A stretch of 64,000 nt of DNA. Origin: Tubulanus polymorphus. Its lineage: Eukaryota; Animalia; Nemertea. Under the pieces are notes generated by a model. That model saw only the letters and a list, made by a program, of their open reading frames with translations, searched no databases and was not told the origin of the DNA. The stretch spans positions 124,001 through 188,000 of the forward strand of contig NC_134026.1 of assembly GCF_964204645.1 (NCBI RefSeq). Reading direction: 5' to 3'. Position numbers and translations under genes: made by a program. Below, one piece after another: positions 23,497-36,790 of this stretch. Each line of letters opens with the position of its first letter. The stretch's first letter is position 1.

Positions 23497-26490
23497 ATGA
23501 AGAAAATATGTGGTTTATTCCGCACTACCGCGATATTTACACGAATCAACATCATAACTGGAAGGTAAAAGATAATTAAGAAACAGTTTTAGTCATGCAT
23601 TTAGGTAAAGAATGACTGCAATTTCATTAAGCGGTGGAGCAGTGAGTGAGTCTACTACACTCACTCCCGGCCTGCTGGTCGGGGTCCGGGGAGCATTGGA
23701 TTACCAACGACCAACCAGGCCGTGTCGATGTGGGCGAGTGCTTAGCGCGTTTGACTCTAGGAAACCAGGCCATGTAATTACGATGTGTTACCTTATAGCT
23801 TCTCTCCTCTGCTGTCAAACAAGCACTTGTTACACAAAGAGCTTGTTCCGTCCAGCCACATATTCAAAATCCATTAGTATTATATTTCTTGACTTTACTA
23901 TTTTTAATTTTTGTCCAGATTTCTCTATCTCTAATGAAATCTACATGATCGCTATTTTCCTTGATTAATACTGAGTAATAATAAAGTGATGGATTTATGT
24001 CTGCAGGTATTTAAGTAGCAGTTCAGCGGCGTTAGACCCAGAACTGAAAGATTACAGTCCAGTTCAATTAGCGCATAGAGTTTATGAACCGAGGAAAGCG
24101 TCAGAAAAGTTGCCGCTCATCATTTTACATGGATTATTCGGCTCGAAACAGAATTGGAAATCATTAGCAAAGGTTTATAGCGCGGATCGTAAGGTATTTA
24201 ATAATAGTCTTATTCTTCAATTTGATTATAGAAACTAAAGACTTGGTTCAACAGTTCTTCAAATACAGTCAACCTCCGATATATTGCCCACATCGGTGCA
24301 GAATGATGCCGTCCTGTCCTGTGGCATGGTGGATAAGGTGTTTGACTCACAACTGAGAGGTTGAGGGTTCGAATCCTAGTGATACCATGCATTCAGGCAG
24401 GACATATATCAGTGCCGGTCGACTCACTGATTTAACAACAAAAGTCTGTACCTTGCAAAAATCTTCAGCTTGTTGATGTTGGCCAGTAATAGGTAGAACT
24501 AGAACTAGAACTAGAACTGGGGGTTCACTGTAGTTCATTTTTCAATTGTTAAACTATGGTCAAATCTTAACTGACCACACTGTGAAATCGGTTACTGTTA
24601 TTTTCCTTGTTTAGATACAAACAAGTTTCTCTGTAATCTGTATAACTCATGATTGATATATTTTGACAGGTAGTTACTGTTGATCTAAGATGTCACGGTG
24701 ATAGCCCTCAGTCTAACGATCTCGGACAAGTGGAGATGAGCGAAGATTTAAAACATCTTTTATCCGATCTGAATCTGAGTAAAGTAGATCTACTCGGACA
24801 CAGCCTCGGTGGTAAAGTCGTGATGATTACTGCTTTGACAAAAGTAAAAATTCATTTACTTTTTCCTCCTATTTGCGCTATTTCATTTAAAAGTTATTTA
24901 GGTGTTTTTCGCTTGTGTTCTTCTGAAAGATAGATTATTGTTATTGACTGGGAGACTGATAATCTCAGTATCTAGAACATATGAAAGCGTTTATTTTCTG
25001 ACAGTTTTAGAGTTTATCTAAACTCCATCTCATCAGAGAAACCAAATTTATTGTATCATTTTGATTGCTCCGATGATAGAGTTTAGACTCCTTAACTGTC
25101 AGACAATAAAAGGGATTTTACTTTTAAAATTGTTTTTGTTACCTATATCAAATTTTCGTTTTAATTCCATGTCTGGAAGAATGTGATTGAAAAGGGTCTT
25201 AAAATCATGAAATACTTCTAAGTATATTTTCTTCTCTTTTATCTCCCATTGCAGCCTGAACTAGTCAACAGTCTAGTATGTGTAGATATAGCACCAGCGT
25301 TTAGTAAAGGTCTTGTTACGTTAAGTGAAGTGCTTCCCGCCATGAATCGAGTTGTTGAATATTTCGACCCGACCTTCCCGTTGTCAACCGTGCGCAAGGA
25401 TGTTTTTATCCAGTTATCCGATGATTTTCCGGTAAGTAGGAATAAAGTTCTCTTGGATAGAAGTTTCTCTGGGATTAACTTCTCTCTTCGCCACAAATGA
25501 TTCCGAAAATGAGTGCAATTTCACAGTTTAGTCGCTGTTAATTTCTTTATACGGTCAACCTTCGATAAATCCGCCCCCATCCCGTCTAGCGCCAGGTTTT
25601 TCTTGAGCGGAACATCTGTATTTTCTTGGAACTTGTCGAAATTCAAAATCAACCCCAATACAACTCCAAAATCGTAAAACACCAATGTAGCTTGCATATC
25701 AGGGGTTGACTGTATTTTCATTTTGTACAGCAATTGGCTTAGACGTTTTGTTCAGATGAAGAAATGGATTCTTGTTGTTTGTTTCAGGATGCTGGATTTC
25801 GTCACTTCGTGATCTCGAATATAGTCGAGAAAGATGGTCTCTACGTGTGGAGAACTGATCCTAATCTAGTGTCCGCTAACTGGGATAAAATACTCGGCTT
25901 CCCCCATTTTGAATACGGCACATTTTTCGCGGGTAGAACCCTTTTTGTCGGGGGTGAAAAGTCACCTTATATAAGGTAGATGTGTTCTACAGTAGACCTT
26001 GGAGTAATCATTTGAAGAATGATTTAATTCAAGGGTAGAACTGCGCTTACTAATGAGCTGCTGAGCACCTCAGTGAACAGAATCGATAAGATCAAAATCT
26101 AATACAACCAACTTAGAAAGATTTAGAACGAAATATAGGCCTATCAAAAATCAAAAGACTCAACGTTTTGGACTCTCTCTAGACCCGTGGATAATATTTT
26201 CTTACTCAAATTTTTGTAATGATGACAAATTCTTGCTCTGACTGTCCTCACTGAGAGTTGACGGAGTCAGTCTACCGGTATATTGCTTGTATCAGTTAAA
26301 ATCTCTTTGAATGAAATTATCAATTTATTTCTGTTTCAGCGCTGAAAATACGAGTGAAATTCTTCGACTTTTTCCCAAATCAAAGATAATTCATATCCCC
26401 GATGCCGGTCACTGGGTACACGCAGAAAAATCTACAGAATTTCTCAAAATAACGAATACATTTTTCAATGGAAGTTCCGCTGATAGTTGA
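23497..26490 (+). CDS. ABHD11: Alpha/beta hydrolase domain-containing protein 11 (ABHD11-like), 6 exons, 314 aa
   Basis: Exons 23497-23564, 24007-24193, 24670-24843, 25255-25431, 25788-25975 and 26340-26490. All introns are GT-AG with consistent phases (945 nt total). Motifs: LIILHGLFGSKQNW, VDLRCHGDSP, nucleophile GHSLGG, VDIAP, LFVGGEKSPYI and AGHWVHAE. The N-terminus is basic and acid-free, resembling a mitochondrial presequence. AATAAA at 26578-26583. Confidence 0.95.
24316..24518 (+). mobile_element. tRNA-derived SINE in ABHD11 intron 2
   Basis: Pol III A box TGGCATGGTGG, B box GGTTCGAATCC, a non-tRNA body and a 3' (TAGAAC)4 tail. Confidence 0.75.
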
Positions 26491-29400
26491 TGAACTGCCC
26501 GGGAGGTAGATGTAGATTGTATTCTGTTGCATTTTGCTACTAAAAATTCAAGCAATGTTAAATTTATAATGATAGTTAATAAATGTTTTAACACTAATTC
26601 GTGATGATTTTTGTGTTATTTGATTAGTTTTTGAAGTATGATTCAAAGAGATGCGGTCAATTCACAATTCTGCATATGATAAGAATTGTTGAAACAACTG
26701 TGCGACATTTTCTTTGTTCAAACACTGAACGCCACTTACACCTTTAATCACCGGCAGGGACTGGTTCGACATGGAGCCTATATAATGTAAAAATACCCCC
26801 AAAATAACGGATTCCTTATCAATATATGTCGGTACAAACGATTATTTCAGCCCATATCTCCATGTTTCTTTTTCCTACTAAAGGGGGGGGGGGGTAAAGG
26901 AAGAGCCATCGACTAGAAATACAAGGAATAACTGTCGAATAGAATATACACTGCCAAAGATTTGAACCTATGAAGTCAGGATTGACGAGGCCAGCGAAAA
27001 ATAAGTGAGTGGTTTACTAGCCCAGCAGATAGATTGGATCTCGCATGTGTTACTCTTCTCGACAATTTCTATCTAATTTCGCATCCAATCTTAAAATATC
27101 TAACGAAGCGACGCCATTCTGACGAATATCTGAATCATCGCCGATCTAATTTACATATCTGTTCAAAATTGTCGAATGTCGAAAATGTGAGTTCATGCGA
27201 GAGAAATCAATCTAATCCTGAAGTCGAATCTCAATTATCAGAACAGCATCTTTTCGTTGATCAGAAAAATGACTTTCTGACATCGCACTGTTTCAGGGAG
27301 TGATAGGCCTTGATATTTGGTGAGGTTAGTCAATCATTGTTTAAACTAATGCAGGATGTGAAAACATTATAGGAGGCTAAACGGTGGCACACAGATTTCC
27401 AGCCAATCAGTGAGCAGGAATTTCATTTATGGACTAGACCTTCTGGAAGAAGGTTCTTTCTTTCAAACTGTTCCTTCGAATCCGATCTAAACCAGTATAT
27501 TTGCAGCAACAATCAACCATTTCTATGATCACAGATAGTCTGATCGCGTGGCTTCGAATTGGGGAAAATCTTCATTTGGTTGTTGTACATTCGCAATTCT
27601 GTTGTTTTTTCAGGCAAAACTTTTTCAACAGCTGAACCGAGACATATCGATCGGATGTGTCACCAGTATCCCCAGTAGACTATCATCCACATCTGGACGT
27701 TTTACACGCTTTACAGAATGAAGCTTTATTTAAATCCCGATCGAAGCCCGAAAACATTATTTACTTTATTCGCGCGAGGAGGTCGTTAAAAGCTCGGCGA
27801 ATCGCGTGAAAGAGGAAAACAAATTCACTCCGTCGCTTAAAGCGGCGAAACATCCTCTTGTTTATGAGGTGTTTGTATCCTGCGTTCGGAGCGCGCGGTG
27901 CAATTTATCGAATCCGCGTTAAAATCTATTTTGTACATTAAAACCAGCTGAGATTTTAAGTAAGACCATTTTCCCCGACGGGAACTTAGCGCTAGTAAAA
28001 GCTAATCCACAATGATCGTCTTTCGGGACAAGTTCAAACCAAACCAAATCTGACTTGTCCTGAAAGTTGGTTTTATCGAACAATAATCAATAAATCCGTT
28101 ACCCGAAACCTGCTTGAAGATACGTATTCAGTTAGTAGTAGTGTCTTATGAGGATTTAAACCAAATACTTACAAATGAATAGTCTCGGTATTATAGATTA
28201 TCACTGATGATTGAACGTATTTAGTAAATATCTATCGTCGGATTTCGTCGACTTAAGTTCACGAATCTTAGAAGATTTATGTTCCAATTACACATTTGTA
28301 AACTAAGTATTATACACATATCTAGACGTATCGGCCAAAAACACTTCAATTATTTCGGCTGTTAGGGTTTTAAAGCACAATATAAGTTGATGATGTGATA
28401 TGGCGATGTTAATTAATGATAATTCCGCAGTGAAGCTAGTCACGAACGGTGCCGATTGAGTGTACAGCTGCCAAAAACACTGAAATGTGCGTAGTTGCGT
28501 AACTATTTGCAGTGAATTGCAGACGAAACATGAAGCCTTAACGGCCGTTTAAAAAAAAGTTATACCAATCGCAATTGTAAAATAAAAATGAGATAGAACC
28601 TAAGTTCTGGCCATTTCTAAAAAGTTATTACTAATTGTTAGTCAGTGCGGAACGTTTAGTTTTCCAACAATAATGAGGGGTGGTAGGTAGTCATGCAATT
28701 CAAGTCATCATTTATTTCACGTTACTTCCGTGTTGTTGAAAATCTCGCGAGTCCTGGACCAAACCCCAATGAACAATGTGATCTGTGTGCTGGCCACAAA
28801 TGCACACAGATCACACTACACTACCCATTACACACTCCAGTACCCACAGCTTTCATATATCCATCCAAATATTTAGTGGCTTTCTTCCTGGATATTCGAC
28901 CGGTTTAACGGGGATAAGGATTAAGATGATTATAAAGGAATGTATCTACTCTATCCTCTGTTTGAAAAATAATCTTCGTATTTTGATACACTGATAAGTT
29001 CGTGATAAAAGAGGATAAGCACGTCGTACATGGTGTACATGTAATAGGAACTTAAAAGACAAATGACAAACTCCCACGTGACGTTCGGTAATACTTATAG
29101 TAGATACTTAATACGTATGATATCTCGCGTTAAGAGTCTCGAGTCAGATCTAAAAACTGCCACTCGCCGGTAAATGTGAAATGTCCTGCACTCTTTTGAA
29201 CGTTGTGTTGCACCGGTTAGGAGCTGGAGCCCGTTTGTTCAGATCCGGAGCTTTCATCATCTCCCAGAGACAGCTTGAAGTTATTCCTCGCTGTTGTAGT
29301 GAATTTAAAGTGATTATCAAAAAGCGATCTTTGGTTTTTAACATCTTGTTGTAGGTAAATTTGAACCAACTTTCTATCGTTCATCCTATTCCTGCTAGAG

Positions 29401-29933
29401 CAAGTATAATGAATGAATATCTGAAGACGGTTGTTTCATGATGTAAAATGTGGGAATTACGCAACGAATCGTTGACAAACCTTAAAACTATTCAAAGTTA
29501 TTAATAAAACGTTAATTCAAATAGAATACTTTTGGTAGAGAGTCAAAAGAGCGATAAAACCATAGCAAAATCACGACAATAAAACAATTCATTTTGATAT
29601 ATTCGAACAACACGATCGATCGATTTCGCTGATTTATTTCAACCTCGTATGATACAGTTATTGTTAAATCAAATAGAATTGAATCTAATTAGAATTAAAG
29701 TTAATCGTTCTACGGAAATTACAATTGCAAAGGATGAACACAAATGGATGGAAGCTAGATAAGAAACCCTGGCTGGTGGTGAGGAGCTCGAGTGTAATGC
29801 AGGTTTTTATGCTGCTGCTTGTAACATCGTGATGTGAAGGATCAGGGAATCAGGAAACAGTCGTCGTATTTTTAATTCGCAACCACGTAACGTCGACATA
29901 AACACGAGCGCGAAATAATGAATCGAAATGCGA

Positions 29934-29959
29934 CGAGAGAGAGAGAGAGAGAGAGAGAG
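29934..29959. repeat. (GA)n microsatellite
   Basis: Directly visible. Confidence 0.9.
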
Positions 29960-30726
29960 ATATTTGGCGTCCATCACTCATCGGCGAAGATGCGATTTGT
30001 AGGGAGAATTACTAGGTCCCGTAATTGAACGAGATTTCATTGTGGTACCTACAAGCCCGAAGCCAGTCATGATAAATTGATTTGATTTCAGCCATGTCAT
30101 TTGTAAGCTCCTGCCGTCTACCTGTTTATCCGATTACATATTACTGCAGATTCAGGTCTGTGCGCGCCAGTATCAAAGCAAAGACGTAGCCGATGAAACA
30201 ACTGGGTATAGAGTTGTACAGGGACCGTGTAATTCGACGCTGTTGTATTTAGATGAATATTTCTCGCGGCCAGTTACAAACTGAATTTACCGTTAAATGA
30301 AGCCGGTATCAGAATGACCGGTGTAATCACTAACACCACGGGGCACAGGGCTTCACAATCGCAGCCTAATTACTCACTGATTCCCATCGCTAGTTCTCTG
30401 ATCAGAATTTTGAAAGGGGCTCGTGCCATCTTGAAAGTGGCTTGAATGAAACTAATGATAGGAAATAGCATTACAATAGCGCGAAAATCCTATAGAAACA
30501 GTTTACTACGCAGGACTGAATGTCATTGATAATGTGCCTTATATAGCCCGGAACAGCTGAACCGAGTCAAATTTGGCCCATGCTTATTAGAGCGCGTTCA
30601 CGCGTAAATCGCTCAGTCTTGTTACTAAGATGCCATCATCACAAATATGCTGTGGTAGGTGAGGTGAGGCGATAATTAGACTGGTTGCCTGACCAATTCT
30701 GCGCCACCTGCATTCGCAGTTCGAAG

Positions 30727-30842
30727 TTTGGCACGGCTCTGGTCCGATGTTTTTGGTGTCAAGCTAGTGCAGACCCGTTTAGCACCACGAGCACTATGTA
30801 CGGTATGGCCCGGGTCTAGACCCTCGTGTGATCACGGCCTAA
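30727..30842. mobile_element. Right end of a PIF/Harbinger-type non-autonomous element; related fragment at ~63340-63515
   Basis: Ends in GTGTGATCACGGCC|TAA (Harbinger-like TIR plus TAA target). The internal motif CTGGTCCGAnGTTTTTGGT is shared with 63452-63470. Confidence 0.5.
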
Positions 30843-31940
30843 GATCGGACTACGTACGTTAGAAATAAATTCAGTTCTCAGGTTCTAAGGGGTTATTGTG
30901 ATGTGTAACCGCCGGGGTTATTGTGATGTGTAAGTTTTTCTTTACTTTTTAAAAGTTTGTATATTCTCTACAATAAGTCAGCCACTGTCCTCGATGAACT
31001 GACGCGTCAGGACGTCTGGCGTCGGTATCCGTCAGAGCCCGACATAAGCTCAGACATGCACTTTCATTACGGTTCATTAATCAATAGTAACGACCACGCG
31101 TCCTGGGTTGAGTGACGCCTCAGTCTGCCCGTCGGGTTACGACGGGTTATCGCGGTACATAGCGACGCCACCCGTGTTATACTAATGATCATAGGCGGAA
31201 GAAAAAAACGTCTTTCTCTGTTGTATGATCACGGTTCAATCAAGTAAACCTTCCGGCATTATTTCTGTCTGTGATATATCAACGGTGTTGATAACTAATC
31301 TATCGGTGCGTCCATCAGCTATAGACAACTTCCGAACAAAATACACGTGTGCCATCACGGGTGTGCCATCACGGATGTGCTATCACGGGTGTACCATCAC
31401 AGTGCGTCACTGGTTTAATCAATCGCGCTAATTATAGACATCCGTAAAAGCGTCTTTCGGGGGCAGGAACTCTCTCTAATTGATAACGGAGTTTTTCTCG
31501 TAAAATAGTTCCATGTTGGATTAATTCCGTCAATGGAAGATCCCCAAGTTCTAATCAGGCGCCACCACACTCACGTGACAGTTAACGGGGGGGGGGGGGG
31601 GGGGCAAAATGAGATCATGATTATTAATCTATTATCTAAAAATTCTGGAGAAAACCAAGATACGATTTGAGTTACAAAACCTAGAAATAGACATGAAATT
31701 CCTGTTAAATATGAAGATGATAAGTTTTAAACTCAGTGAAAATAAACCAATTTCAAACAAGATCAAACTGTTACTAACTGTGAAACTGGATGCAGAATAA
31801 TTTCATCTTTTCCAGACGAATTTGAGATAAAAATATCATCCAGCTCAGTATACGACAGGTGTGTTGCACGTTGTGACTGCATTCCATATCTCCACATCAG
31901 CGTGAGGAATCTGTGTCTGGTCTACTTACGTTAAAGCTGC

Positions 31941-32190
31941 TAATATTATACTCATTTTTTCTTGTCTTTATTTCACGGTGGTCCGTTTAAGTTAGACAAC
32001 GTATAATATTCAAACTTTTAATTCACGAGGGCTACGGATATTTAACCCAACATTTCTGCACGTAAGGAGTGAATAAATAGCTTTGAATTCTCATTGCGGG
32101 GTCGTCTCCGGACATATCGAGCGGGATAAATCAATTTTTGAAATACTGTCGTAATTAAGTTATGTTCACGATTGAGTAACCAAAATTTAA
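31941..32190 (+). repeat. Copy 1 of a ~250-bp direct repeat
   Basis: Aligns end to end with 33197-33444, roughly 90% identical by eye. Confidence 0.92.
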
Positions 32191-33196
32191 CGGCAGGCTA
32201 GTGAGGAGGTCTCATTCCACAGCCAACAGCAAACCACCGCATAAACAGCGACGACTCGGAAACATTACGCAAATTAAATCTCTAGTGAATCATATCCCTG
32301 TACTGAATATTTTACGTTAAAAGTCAATATTGCTTCGGCAAGTCTTAAACAGGAGTGGGAAAAAAGAACAAGGCCGAATGAGCTATGGACATTTTGGGAA
32401 TATCTGACAAGTTAGCTAATGGCTTTCCTAGCGATGAAAATTCGCTTATCTCCTTTTACAAGCGCGTCGCAATCTGCAGCGTCGAGTTTTCAGAATCGCC
32501 AATTAGTGTTTGAAACGCACTTTAAACCTCAGAGTTATAATCTTATCCGACGAGAGACAGCGCCGGCGAGCGCGCGCCATCATTGAAAATTGTTTCCTGC
32601 CACCGCCGTCAAGATTGGGATAAAACGAATCGTACCGAATCATCACGCGTTTTTAAGAATTCTCCTCCATGTGTGCGGAATTTCACGTTAAGTCGTTGTA
32701 AATTGGGCTCGAATGCGATCGCGCTGTCGTGAGAATGAGAGTTTTCTGTTGCATTAACAACACATCCTACAGGCAGCAGTAAAGTCATTAGAGGTTAAAT
32801 TCCATCGCTGTCGGCTGCGCGCGACGCTTTACGGGATCTACTTACCACCACTTGTATTGCCCACGGCTTTGTCGCACATCACGACGTCTCGAGAACAAAA
32901 CCGTCAGAAATGTTCCATTTTTTTCAATACTTGTTTTTCTTTGTAAAGGCATTCGACGAGGAATTTAAAAGCCTAGTTTTTGACACTCAAAAATATAACA
33001 ACCGGTTGATAAAACGATTGAATCACTCCAAGAATCGGCGAACGAAGTTCTTAATTGATGAAAAAATTGTTATCTACAAGATAAGCGCCAGAATAAAAGC
33101 GATGAAGTTGAAATTTGTCAAACGCGTCAATAATGCACACGATACATAGAAGGCATTCTGAACCCTAGAATTCTCTAACTTTAAAATGCGTATTTG

Positions 33197-33444
33197 TAAT
33201 ATAATATTCATTTTTCTTGTCTTTATTTCACTGTGGTCCGTTTAAGTTAGACAACGTATAATATTCAAACTTTTATTTCACGAGGGCTGTGGATATTTAT
33301 TACAACATTTCTGCACGGAAGGAGTGAATAAATAGCTTTGAGTTCTCATTGCGGGGTCGTCTCGGACATATCGAGCGGAATAAATCAATTTTTGAAATAC
33401 TGTCGCAATTAAGTTATGTTCACGACTGAGTAACCAAAATTCAA
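33197..33444 (+). repeat. Copy 2 of a ~250-bp direct repeat
   Basis: Aligns with 31941-32190. Confidence 0.92.
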
Positions 33445-33848
33445 AGCATTCAATATTGTGACACTTTTCAAGCACGTGTTAAATACGTCTTACGAAGTTT
33501 CTGCCGTGTTGTGTCCGAGCTGGAACCACGTGATAAACATAACATCTTCTCGAATAGAATAAGGAGGAATTGATACTAGTGTTGGTTTAACTATAGCTTA
33601 CACCTGTCAACAAACGAATGATGAATCTTCCATGCAATTTCCACATTCGTATAAACTCTATCCGTCTGAGACAATACGTTATTTCCGCTGTTTGACCGTT
33701 TTTAAGATTACGCCGCAGACGCCAAGTATTCGTTTCCCAAAGCCCCGCGATCGTTGCCGAAATAGCTATTTAATTATTTACCGAAGCTCTGGAGTGATAC
33801 CTTTATTCCAGGAGACATCTGTCCCAGCATCCCGGCCATATTCATCCC

Positions 33849-34110
33849 TGGACGTGATACCCAGCCCAGGGCGTGTTACCCAGCACAGGGCGTGATACCC
33901 AGCCCAGGCTGTGATCTATCCCAGGGCGTGATACCCAACACAGGACGTGATACCCAGCCCAATACGTGATACCCAGCCCAGGACGTGATACCCAGCCCAG
34001 GACGTGATACCCAGCCCAGGACGTGATACCCAGCCCAAGACGTGATACCTAGGCCAGGACGTAATACCCACCCAGCCCACGACGTGATACTAAGCACAGG
34101 AAGTGATACC
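33849..34110. repeat. Minisatellite, 19-bp unit GGACGTGATACCCAGCCCA
   Basis: About 13 visible tandem copies. Confidence 0.95.
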
Positions 34111-36574
34111 TATCCCTGTCTACGGAAGATGATTGTATGATGTTTTGTTTATCCACCAGACACTTGAAGAAAGTATAAAAAATAGATCAAAGCGTCACCA
34201 GATTTCGAGTATTCTTCCGTGGACATTCACGGTTTTTTTTATCTCAACGAGGAATTATTCACGAAACGTTCAGAGGATTGACTGCAACTGACACAGCCTC
34301 GTACGATGGTGGAATTATGTAGGAGTTGAAGCGTCTTTGTAATTCGAGTTGTTGCAACAATAATCTCTCTTCGACGGAGTTAATCACTACATTTTTGACA
34401 CTTTTAGGCTCATTTCCAGTAAACAGCGACTTCAAGGTTGCTATCAACATAGACGTACTTCCCATATCCGTCACCAGGGTGCGCTCGCTGTACTCGGCGC
34501 GATCCAGGCAATTATTTGAATACAAAATTCGCTGAAAACTTCCCAACCTGAGTTCTACCCTGAACTTAGGCATCAATCATTATTAATTGGCAATTTGTTG
34601 AAAAAGAAAACTTAAAAAGATTCAATTCACCATTGAACGAATGTTCTATGGTATTGAACTTTGATATTTGAGATGATGAAACCGGTGCAATATCGCGACG
34701 GTGCAGCTTTCAATACAGCCGTTCATTAGATGAATGACACGTTGAAAGTCGGTTTTAGCCTCATTAACAACGACTCGCACTATATCTCACACCTTCATTT
34801 CTATAGAAAACTGTTTTACTATCAAAATTACGTGTCAACTTGTGGAAGCGTAAGCTGGCTCTGGTCGCAAACAAAGACAACCAACAACAAGTGAAAATCT
34901 TCGACCAGCTTAACTTTATTTCTCCTTGTTTTATCTATTTGACTACAATCTTACACAACCTTCAACGTTTCACAGTGTTGAAGTACTTTCTTAAACTTTA
35001 ACTTTCATGCAATAGTGATGACTGTATTCTTTTAATTGTAGTTTTTAGTAAAGAAATAAACTTATAACAATAAAACTATGAAGTTGAGAAACCACTAAAA
35101 TATCAGCGTTTTTCCGTGAGTAAGATACACATATAATTTCTGACGCATCTTCTAATTAACTCTAGAATTACCACAGTTTCTCCAAGTAAGAAAGTAAGAT
35201 CTAAGGAACCTTTTCTACATCATCAACCTCTAAGTTCTCGTGAAAGTTAATTTTCAAAATCGACGTGAAGTTACCAGTTTAATGACGGAACCTAACGCAG
35301 CATGTTCAGTGTTTTGCGAAGTTTTCTTTTATATGTTTTTTAATTCGTTGACGAAAATTTAACGGTGTAAATTAGCGACGCTTTCAAAGAGGCAGAGACG
35401 ACAGCGTTAAGAGAATTCTATCGATAATCTGAAGTTTCAGCGAGACTAACATTCTCTCTTCGACTTTATTTGCAAATTCTTCTCCGTAAGTGGATAAGAT
35501 CAAATGGATTGAAAAAAATCTGCAAGTTTTCGCGAAAGATGCTATTTTTGTTTTCTCTTTGAGCTGGCAGTGAATATGGGGCTCGACAGAAGGCAATATC
35601 GTGAATTAAGAGAAATCTATTTTATTGATGTTTCGACGATAAAAGGAATTCAGTTCAGAAATCTTTCGCAGATTAAAGACGTGCTAGAAAACCACCATGC
35701 CTTCTGCATATTATTAGATTCTGGGGTAAATTGAATAAAAATTCGTCGTTTTTAGTTTGAACTTGAGACGTATTGCGTCGGCAACTCATTAACCGGAAGT
35801 CGAGAAAGGTAAATCAGAAATGCGCATAAAATCGTATCTTCACATCTTTGATTATAAAGATTGTTTGCGCTCCTTGTCTTTAAAAATCATCATCTGCAAA
35901 CTTCTAAATCGGTAGAATTATTCAATTCTTTTGTTTACTTCTTTGCTAAACCTTCGCGAAATCTTCTTCCAGAAATATTACTGCACCCTAGATATTGTTT
36001 TACAATATTTCATTCCTGAACCTGAACACCATTGATGACATTCTCCCTACGAAAGATGACCCCATCTTTTGTTCGTCGGTACACAAAGGAAGTTAACATT
36101 TGTAAATCGTCTTTTGGCGTCTTTTGTCCGCCTTGCCATTTACTGGAAAAAAGACGAGAATAGTTCAAAGCTATACATAACTGTGGTTCTTGAACGAGAC
36201 AAGATTAGGTCACACAGAGGCATGAATGAAGCCGTATTCAACCGTATTTACTATCAGACCTGGATTATCTAAGATGCTGAAGGCGATGGGCGCAACGACT
36301 ACGATTGGATTCGAACCTTCGATATCCTTATCGATTACTATTTCAATTTATCAAAATAAGAAAGAAGGTTTTTTAAGAATGATATTGAGTAATTAAATCC
36401 CTCCAGTGTTTTCGTAAGATTCTTCTATTGATTCGAATATGAAGCATTGATGAAATAAGACCTAATGAAATTTACTGATCATCAAAGACAAAGAATGTAT
36501 TTTTAGAACGATAATTTGTTTGGCCCCCAAAGCACACGCTTAACCGACATTTCTTCTAATCTCTCTGACTTACG

Positions 36575-36790
36575 GACTCCCGACTAACGGGGCCCCGACT
36601 CTCCGACTCTCTGGGGCCCCGACTCTCTGACTCTCTGGGGCTCCGACTCTCTGACTCTCTGGGGCCCCGACTCTCTGACTCTCTGGGGCCCCGACTCTCT
36701 GACTCCTGGGGCCCCGACTCTCTGACTCTCTGGGGCCCCGACTCTCTGACTCTCTGGGGCCCCGACTCTCTGACTCTCCGACTCCTCGAC
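36575..36790. repeat. Minisatellite, 24-bp unit GACTCTCTGGGGCCCCGACTCTCT
   Basis: Visible tandem copies, each with a GGGGCCCC palindrome. Confidence 0.95.
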
